48,146 nt of DNA, from contig JAUWFS010000002.1 of assembly GCA_030606805.1 (NCBI GenBank), positions 1 through 48,146 on the forward strand, given 5' to 3'. Positions 41,919 through 48,146 of this stretch are shown piece after piece. Below the pieces are notes generated by a model. That model did not search any database. It had not been told where the DNA came from and saw nothing but the letters and a program-made list of their open reading frames with translations. Each line of letters begins with the position of its first letter. Within the stretch, counting starts at the first letter, position 1. The translations under genes and the position numbers were made by a program. This DNA comes from Deltaproteobacteria bacterium (GTDB lineage Bacteria; Desulfobacterota; Desulfobacteria; Desulfobacterales; ETH-SRB1).

Positions 41919-44900
41919 TTAACTCCAATATGCGGCCTTAAGGTTTAATTCCTTAATATATAAATTTGCATCTGATTGTGGGTCGGTTATCTCTATTTCA
42001 ACTTGAATATATCGTGCCGTAAACTCAGGAGCAAGTATCTGAAAAAAATCTACTTCATTTGGATATATACCGGTGGCTGTACCCCATTTAATTTTTGCAG
42101 CCAAAATAGCCGCAACATCAGGAGTTGTTAATTCATACCATCTTGTATTTGCATCTATTTTATCTTCCCATTTAGTTGAACCTGAAAAGATACCTTCCCA
42201 GGATGCTGCTGAGCTGACAAAAACTGTTAAAAAATCAGCCCAAATCCGCACTGTTTTTTCAGAACCAAGATCATATTCAGGGGAGGTCCAAACTCCATTT
42301 AATAAAACATCAACAGGAATGAATCCATCTTGCAATCTTACATAATCTATATAGGTTATTCTATCATTAGTAGTTTGTCCGAGCTGCCAAAGATAAAGCA
42401 TGCCGTCAGTTGCGGCGGTTGCGCTTGTAAAAGCTTGACCTGTGGCCACTTTTTCTGCACTATGCGAGCTATCATGAAGATATATGTCCACTGTCTTGGC
42501 TGTGAAATCAATAACAAATCGCCATATTTGCCATTCTGATCCATCGCATATAACAAGATCAGTACCTATTTCGACCCAGGTATTATTATGAATAAAACAA
42601 CCCTCAGAACTAAAACTATAACCAAATACTGTAGACGCATCTGATATATAGCCAACAAAGTCATCATCATTTGCACGTGTGCCCAGAGCATTATGTTTGA
42701 CACGAATTTCAAAAGTAACTTTATCAGGCATACTTCCTATATCTCTATATCGCTGTGCCCAATTATTTGTTACTGCAGTATGAGTATGAAACTCAAAGCA
42801 TCCTGCCGGATTAACTTGAGAAACCCCATTGATATTATCATTATCGACCCAATCTGAAATATCAGCGCAATCTTCATCCAATAAATCGCCGGTCACCAAC
42901 CCATGACTGCATTTCAAACAATCGTCTCCATTATACAGTTCGTATTCTGTATTATTGTGGATTCCAATCCCATTATAGTCCCATGACCAAGTGTTTTTAT
43001 CAGTATAACCAGATGGATAGAATATTGTGCAGGTAGCTGATACAGGAGTAGCAGCATAATTACCGCTGTTATCTTTGGGCGCACACCAAAATGTAAAGGT
43101 ACCGGGTTTTACACCAGTTAATCTAAAGTTAGGAGTCTCATTAAAAGCTATAAAGATACCTCCTAACCATGCAGATCCAATTCTCAATTCATAACCGGAT
43201 ATATCAGGATTATCAACTTCATCCCCATAAACATTTACAGTATCTCCGGAAGCCACAGCCGTAATAGCAGACATGTTGGATGGTACATCTGTTTTACCAA
43301 CTATCTGTTTTGAAACAACATAAGCAGAGTCAAAGTTTTCTTTGGCTCCGAATATTGAGACAGACCTTATTTTGATATAATATGTCTCCCCTTCTTCAAC
43401 TGGGTCAAGTTGATAATCAGACGTAGCCTTTGTCATGAATTTGTAATCGCCGGAACCTATTTTAAGCCATATTTCAGCATAATCCCAAAACGGATAATCT
43501 GAGACTGAAGGCGGGTCAAAATCTATCTTCCATCTTGTAAAACTTCTATTTCTGTAATAGTATACTTCTTCTGCATGAGACACATTAATAACACCGGACA
43601 CAGCAGCCCCAGGCTTAGGTAAATCTGTAACAAATAATTCCTGAGTATCTATATCGTAATCGTCATTATAAAGATCATCATGCTCTTGTAGTAAGGCCAG
43701 GGCAACATTGCCATCTTCCTGAAGTTGTGCGGCTTCTACTCTATACATAGGTTTAACAGCATCTGTCCAGCCAGGCATCCTGTGAGTTATTTCGATCAAA
43801 TCCATTGGCTCAAGAGATATTCCTTTATTGCCTACCATCATACTTACTATATTGCCCCATCTTGCTCTTTCCAGGTAATAATAAGACATCGGGATGACTT
43901 TATCCAAAGAAGATAATCCAGACAATTCAATTGCAAGTTCTCTGTAATCTCCTTCTGTATCATAAGCATCGTCATCCTGAAATATTTTTTCATCTTGATG
44001 ATAATTCTTGTCTGCACTAATAAATGTAGCTTTGACGGCGTTGGGTCGGCTGAATAATGTTGCAGCAGGAGCGATCTCCATTGTGCTTTCTTTGCCATAT
44101 TGAATTATATCATCTTCTGTTATTTGCATACAGACAGATTCTTCCCTGGTATCTCTGAATTTTAGCTTGAACTTGCTATCAGAATATATTATTTCGCTTC
44201 GACCATTTGCAAGCAGCATGGCAATATTGTCTTCAACGCTCTGATCTCTATCTATGGACATGTTACATGTCCAACCATATGTATCATAATATGTTGCCGC
44301 ATCTCTAAAAGAAGGCAAATCTATTCTTGTTGGATCAAGCTCTTTCCCACCTCTGACACTTCTTCTTGTAAGCAGATCATAAACGCAATATGCCAGATTG
44401 TTAGTATAAGCCATAGGCATGGAATCATAGTCATTTTCAGTGGCAAAATTCTTGAGTTTAAGCCCTTCCAAAACTGTCGTTATGTTGGGAATTGATACAA
44501 ATTTATCTCTGTCATATTCAAATCGACAATAGAGATATGCTGAATATCGTCTGGGATCAGTCCAGGCTGGATAAGCTGTATGCAATGTTGCGCATACATT
44601 TTGAGTTGAAGAACCGCTGAAAAATTCATAATAAAAATTGTCTGCAAAATCCGATTCTGTATAAAGTTCATCATTGAGAAATATCTGATCAACACTGTCA
44701 ACTTGGGCTATTTGATTAACTTCGCCTTCACCCAAAGATAGAATCATATGAAGATATTTATTATCTGTGCCTGTTGTAGTTGCAAAAATCAGGTTCCCGC
44801 CGACTCTTGTTTTGCCGTATGGTAGTCGATAAACTTCCGAAGTGCTGCGAGTATTAATAAGTCTGCCCTTATCATCTAATTTTGACGATGAAGGACTTTT

Positions 44901-45014
44901 CCTATTTACTATGCTTACACTTTGTAAAAGCGCAAAAGCAGTTATCCCTATTTTTGCAAAAGCAAAAAAGCCTGCCCATCCTCCTACTGCCAGAGCTGCT
45001 CCTATTCCTGGCAT
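41919..45014 (-). CDS. Host-specificity / central tail fibre protein, lambda J-like (copy 2)
   Basis: 1031 aa. It has a hydrophobic Gly/Ala N-terminus, ..RLPYGKTRVGGNLIF.. and a mid-region FN3-like segment (..ISGYELRIGSAWLGG....APKDNSGNY..). It follows the NlpC/P60 gene. Confidence 0.7.
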   Translation of the reverse strand: MPGIGAALAVGGWAGFFAFAKIGITAFALLQSVSIVNRKSPSSSKLDDKGRLINTRSTSEVYRLPYGKTRVGGNLIFATTTGTDNKYLHMILSLGEGEVNQIAQVDSVDQIFLNDELYTESDFADNFYYEFFSGSSTQNVCATLHTAYPAWTDPRRYSAYLYCRFEYDRDKFVSIPNITTVLEGLKLKNFATENDYDSMPMAYTNNLAYCVYDLLTRRSVRGGKELDPTRIDLPSFRDAATYYDTYGWTCNMSIDRDQSVEDNIAMLLANGRSEIIYSDSKFKLKFRDTREESVCMQITEDDIIQYGKESTMEIAPAATLFSRPNAVKATFISADKNYHQDEKIFQDDDAYDTEGDYRELAIELSGLSSLDKVIPMSYYYLERARWGNIVSMMVGNKGISLEPMDLIEITHRMPGWTDAVKPMYRVEAAQLQEDGNVALALLQEHDDLYNDDYDIDTQELFVTDLPKPGAAVSGVINVSHAEEVYYYRNRSFTRWKIDFDPPSVSDYPFWDYAEIWLKIGSGDYKFMTKATSDYQLDPVEEGETYYIKIRSVSIFGAKENFDSAYVVSKQIVGKTDVPSNMSAITAVASGDTVNVYGDEVDNPDISGYELRIGSAWLGGIFIAFNETPNFRLTGVKPGTFTFWCAPKDNSGNYAATPVSATCTIFYPSGYTDKNTWSWDYNGIGIHNNTEYELYNGDDCLKCSHGLVTGDLLDEDCADISDWVDNDNINGVSQVNPAGCFEFHTHTAVTNNWAQRYRDIGSMPDKVTFEIRVKHNALGTRANDDDFVGYISDASTVFGYSFSSEGCFIHNNTWVEIGTDLVICDGSEWQIWRFVIDFTAKTVDIYLHDSSHSAEKVATGQAFTSATAATDGMLYLWQLGQTTNDRITYIDYVRLQDGFIPVDVLLNGVWTSPEYDLGSEKTVRIWADFLTVFVSSAASWEGIFSGSTKWEDKIDANTRWYELTTPDVAAILAAKIKWGTATGIYPNEVDFFQILAPEFTARYIQVEIEITDPQSDANLYIKELNLKAAYWS

Positions 45015-45439
45015 TAAATCAACCTCCGTGCCATTATAACTTGAAATCTATTTCCAAGAGGCGATACTATAACTCCTTGTTCTCTTGTTGATACCATTAT
45101 ATTATTATTCCCCACATAGATTGATGGAAATTTTGAATCTTTATATTCTATTACTATTATATCCCCCGGTTTTAGAAACTTAAGATCAACACCTTTTCCG
45201 GTTTTTTTCAATACTTCAATCATATCCTTGATTGCTTGATCGGGATTTATTTCCCAGTAAGGCATATAATTATTCATATTATGCCCATTATATTCAGTCT
45301 CAAAAGTGGTTAAGATAAACCCCGCATCTCTATAGATATTGTATATCAATTGTAAACAGGTACATTCGTCAAATGGTTGTCCCAGATATTTCCTCGTTAT
45401 TTGCCCGAAGCCTTTTATTTGTTTGTTGTCCGTCCCCAA
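45014..45439 (-). CDS. NlpC/P60-family tail protein (lambda K-like)
   Basis: 141 aa with a probable TTG start and an AAGGAA Shine-Dalgarno. The candidate catalytic Cys context is FDECTCLQLIYNIYRDAGF. Confidence 0.5.
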   Translation of the reverse strand: MGTDNKQIKGFGQITRKYLGQPFDECTCLQLIYNIYRDAGFILTTFETEYNGHNMNNYMPYWEINPDQAIKDMIEVLKKTGKGVDLKFLKPGDIIVIEYKDSKFPSIYVGNNNIMVSTREQGVIVSPLGNRFQVIMARRLI

Positions 45440-46470
45440 TATATTTCCTTTTCCATCAAATCAGGCAGCCATCTATCTCCGCCAAAATTATCTGTATTGC
45501 TTAATGCTGTACATCTGGCATATCCCTGATCACACCATGTTTCAGCTCCTGAATATCCACATTCGGTGCCTTTAAAAGCCCATCTACAAGAAGATTGATG
45601 TTTCCGTAATGTTTTTTTATTCCAAAATATAAACTCGTTAACTAAAGTTATTGACGCTTTAAGCTCACTTAATTTCCATGTAGACACAAGTCCTCTAAAT
45701 AATTCAATAGGCTGATCTATAATGACATTGTTACTATCAAAAAACCCAATCCATAAAATGCCCCATTTATTCATAATATTTTCATTCAGGAACACCGCCG
45801 ACATTTGCAAATCAACATTCTGAATGTTGATCATAACCTTGTCTACAGAAGACTTAGCACTGTAATTAATAGTTGAAATATCAAACGGCATTGTCTCAAA
45901 CTTATTGATATTCTTAACAACATAAATATAATCTATTTCAAAATCATCATCTACCCCGGTACCAAAATCAAATCGCAATTCTGTAATTGTGTTATTTATC
46001 CAATCATCACCACCGGCAGTCAAATCGCTCATATCAAGCGTTATAATCTGATATTCGGAAAAATCAGACGGTTGCGAAAAAGCTTTATAGTATGATGCAG
46101 AGCTACCATGTCCGCTTGTTGAGTAAAGCAATTTGCCATCCCAGGTTGCCCCCGCTATTCGTTTTATCCGGATTTGGACTTTGTAATAATCTCCTCCGCT
46201 AAAAGAGACGGCTTTTATTAATATGGGATCAACGGCAGTGGCTTCTATTGTAATCGAATTAGAATTTTCTGTAATGGTGAGATTATTTCCCGTAAAGCTA
46301 TGTGCTGTGCTTTTAAAATTCCAGAATTCATAAATTTCAGTACTTATCCACAAATCAATATCACAATCCGTATAACGCAAAATCGTGTTTAATTGCAATT
46401 CAAGGAACCAAAACATTTTCCCTTGTTCTGCGGCCATTGCGGCTTCAATAAATAATGATAAATCTCTCAT
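45415..46470 (-). CDS. Minor tail protein, lambda L-like / GTA g13-like (copy 2)
   Basis: 351 aa with the C-terminal Cys cluster CRWAFKGTECGYSGAETWCDQGYARC...NFGGDRWLP. It overlaps the upstream gene as ATGA. Confidence 0.5.
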   Translation of the reverse strand: MRDLSLFIEAAMAAEQGKMFWFLELQLNTILRYTDCDIDLWISTEIYEFWNFKSTAHSFTGNNLTITENSNSITIEATAVDPILIKAVSFSGGDYYKVQIRIKRIAGATWDGKLLYSTSGHGSSASYYKAFSQPSDFSEYQIITLDMSDLTAGGDDWINNTITELRFDFGTGVDDDFEIDYIYVVKNINKFETMPFDISTINYSAKSSVDKVMINIQNVDLQMSAVFLNENIMNKWGILWIGFFDSNNVIIDQPIELFRGLVSTWKLSELKASITLVNEFIFWNKKTLRKHQSSCRWAFKGTECGYSGAETWCDQGYARCTALSNTDNFGGDRWLPDLMEKEIYWGRTTNK

Positions 46471-47057
46471 GCCGATGCCAATCCTTTAAGTTTTATACCA
46501 TATACATAAAGATTATAGATAAATACTCCTCTTGGCAATTTATCTTCTAAAAATCTTACTCTCATTCTTAAATATCCTGTAAAGTCTATTGTAATAATTT
46601 TCCCTGTAGCAGGAGCTGCGACATCAAACTGAACTCTATCACTACTTGATGATCCTCCTCCGGTAAGAAAAGAAACATCGGAAGTTACATCAACACCATC
46701 TGAATAAACTGTTCTTGAAGACGTACTTCTTCCCGGAATATCAAATATAGTTGTAGAACCGTCTCCTGTCCCGCAATATTCTCCTACATGATTAAAAGAA
46801 TGTCCTAACAACAAAGCCAAATCATAAATATAAAAAGCTTCATAAGCACCTGATCTTGCTATATAAAATTCCCATAATGTTTTTGCTTCTGCAACTGATA
46901 TATTATCATATTTTACTGTAACATTATATTTTGGGTATAATGATTTCTTTCTTCTTTGTTCTCCCCTTCCATCAAAACCACTGATTAAAGTGTTAAATTC
47001 GGGTTCAACAACTAATGGATATCGTGGAGATGGACTTGATTCTGGAAAAGTAGCCAT
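46467..47057 (-). CDS. Minor tail protein, M-like / GTA g12-like (DUF2460-like, copy 2)
   Basis: 196 aa. The segment FPESSPSPRYPLVVEPEFNTLISGFDGRGEQRR...YNV resembles the DUF2460/TIGR02217 N-terminus. It lies directly after TMP2. Confidence 0.45.
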   Translation of the reverse strand: MATFPESSPSPRYPLVVEPEFNTLISGFDGRGEQRRKKSLYPKYNVTVKYDNISVAEAKTLWEFYIARSGAYEAFYIYDLALLLGHSFNHVGEYCGTGDGSTTIFDIPGRSTSSRTVYSDGVDVTSDVSFLTGGGSSSSDRVQFDVAAPATGKIITIDFTGYLRMRVRFLEDKLPRGVFIYNLYVYGIKLKGLASA

Positions 47058-48146
47058 TTATATTGTCTCCCTTATAGTATCAAGTAATCCTGTTTTCCCT
47101 TCAAGGGCCTCCCCAATTACAGTTACAATACTTCCTGGATTTCTTTCTACAACTTCTGCAAACGATTTAGTATCTATTGCATTTATAATAATAATAGTAT
47201 CTCCCCTTCCGCCTTCTGTTTTTACACCAAGATCACCACCCAGTGTTCTTGTTAAAGGCATAACAGCTTCAGGTCCGGCTTCGCCCATCAGTCCTGAACC
47301 TCTGGCAAAGGCAAACTGAGTCGGCTTGTTTATTATTTGGTTGGAATAACCGGAAATACCACCAGGAAATATTCCGCCTTGCGCGGCATATGTTATCGGA
47401 CCTGTACCCCCAGGAACGCCTCCTCCTCCTAACCCTGATAACCAACCTAAAGCAGCTCCGAACCAACCGCCGCTTTTATCAAACATCGGTTCTATAAGAG
47501 ATTGTTGGATCATCATTTGAGTAATCATTTTAGCGAAAGATTCGGCTATGCTTTTAAATGTAACTTCAGCGCCCCATAGCATATCGTTTAGAGTAGAACT
47601 GAAATTATTTGCCCAGCCCTGCATTGCATTTTCCATGTCATCATATCCTGATTCCCGTATTTCCTTTTCTTTTGCAGCTCGCCATAATTCTAATCCGATT
47701 AAATCATCAGTAAAATTTTTATAATTTTCATATTTTTCTTTAAGAGCGGCTAAAGCAAATGTTTTATCTGTCATTCTAATGGCTCTAATTTGTTCTGCTA
47801 CACTTCTTTCCTGCCCTGTTCTATAAGATGCATATTCATCTAATCTGTTTTCTTCAGCCTCATAAGCAGAAAGCCAAATTTCATGTCTTGCCGCTATAAA
47901 TGGGGTTAATTCTGCTAATCTCTCTCTCTCTCTCATAATTGCTTTCATGTCTGCATTCTCTGCCATTTCTTCAAGAGCTGCATAATACTCAGCATATCTT
48001 TTTTTCGTTTCTTCAGTTTGTTCATAACCCGGGTCTCTTTCCCCGTAATATTTACTTGGATCTTCAAGGGCAAAATCCAATCTGGTAGGAGTCCCTTTCG
48101 CAAGCATTTCTTGCATCTTTTTAAATTGATTAATGCCCTGTTCATC
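47058..48146 (-). CDS. Tape measure protein, copy 2 (only the C-terminal ~362 aa; the 5' part lies beyond the window end)
   Basis: The frame is open to the window edge (DEQGINQFKK precedes the listed Met). It is about 70% identical by eye in amino acids to residues ~365-720 of TMP1 and shares the FAFARGSGLMGEAGPEAVMPLTR motif. A 52-nt stretch (47682..47733) is identical to 5353..5404. Confidence 0.8.
   Translation of the reverse strand, partial: DEQGINQFKKMQEMLAKGTPTRLDFALEDPSKYYGERDPGYEQTEETKKRYAEYYAALEEMAENADMKAIMRERERLAELTPFIAARHEIWLSAYEAEENRLDEYASYRTGQERSVAEQIRAIRMTDKTFALAALKEKYENYKNFTDDLIGLELWRAAKEKEIRESGYDDMENAMQGWANNFSSTLNDMLWGAEVTFKSIAESFAKMITQMMIQQSLIEPMFDKSGGWFGAALGWLSGLGGGGVPGGTGPITYAAQGGIFPGGISGYSNQIINKPTQFAFARGSGLMGEAGPEAVMPLTRTLGGDLGVKTEGGRGDTIIIINAIDTKSFAEVVERNPGSIVTVIGEALEGKTGLLDTIRETI

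Noticed and set aside
1-48146. I searched for a diversity-generating retroelement, retron, integrase/att sites, or a toxin-antitoxin or other known defence system.
   Set aside because: I could recognise no reverse transcriptase, tyrosine or serine recombinase, repressor, or known defence-gene motif in any frame. Unknown small ORFs remain unassigned.

Overview
This window is a densely packed, AT-rich tailed-phage (siphovirus-like) genome segment or prophage. Almost everything is transcribed on the minus strand.

Layout in the direction of transcription (high to low coordinates):
1. 48146-39112: the 3' part of a tape-measure gene (TMP2, cut by the window end), then lambda-like M, L and K (NlpC/P60) genes, a 1031-aa J-like gene, a tail fibre gene and a lysis cluster with an M15 endolysin.
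2. 37517-39032, plus strand: a 4-gene accessory operon of unknown function, convergent with the lysis genes.
3. 37346-23381: the early replication/recombination module.
   - It contains two unlisted small ORFs, a Cro-like HTH protein, a DnaQ-like exonuclease, a PD-(D/E)XK nuclease and a small methyltransferase.
   - It also contains a RecD2-like helicase split in two, an ERCC4 nuclease and a primase/SF3 helicase.
   - An iteron-rich putative origin lies just downstream of the primase gene.
4. 23089-1: the late module.
   - Packaging and head genes are terS, terL, portal, a MuF-like protein, scaffold and major capsid.
   - Connector and tail genes follow, including a G/GT chaperone pair with a -1 frameshift site and a complete 720-aa TMP1.
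   - The module ends with a second, divergent M/L/J tail-tip set. Its J-like gene runs off the window start and is missing from the ORF track.

Most notable observations:
- A family of about 110-nt structured leader RNAs occurs in three copies. Each has two hairpin loops that remain perfectly complementary although the loop sequences differ between copies. Each sits between a sigma70-like promoter and the first gene of a small operon, and two of the three precede paralogous HNH endonuclease genes.
- There are six free-standing homing endonuclease genes (3 GIY-YIG with NUMOD3 repeats, 2 paralogous HNH, 1 HNH-AP2). Two paralogous pairs each bracket a single phage gene, and one HNH cassette splits the RecD2-like helicase.
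- Two paralogous TMP/tail-tip modules are present. This could reflect tandem phages, a duplicated host-range cassette, or a wrap-around assembly that mixes strains.
- Two promoters are positioned so that transcription would start at the ATG, which predicts leaderless mRNAs.
- Terminator-like hairpins lie between promoters and their genes.

I found no tRNA, rRNA, CRISPR array, integrase, repressor or reverse transcriptase. All family names come from motif recognition by eye, and no database search was possible.
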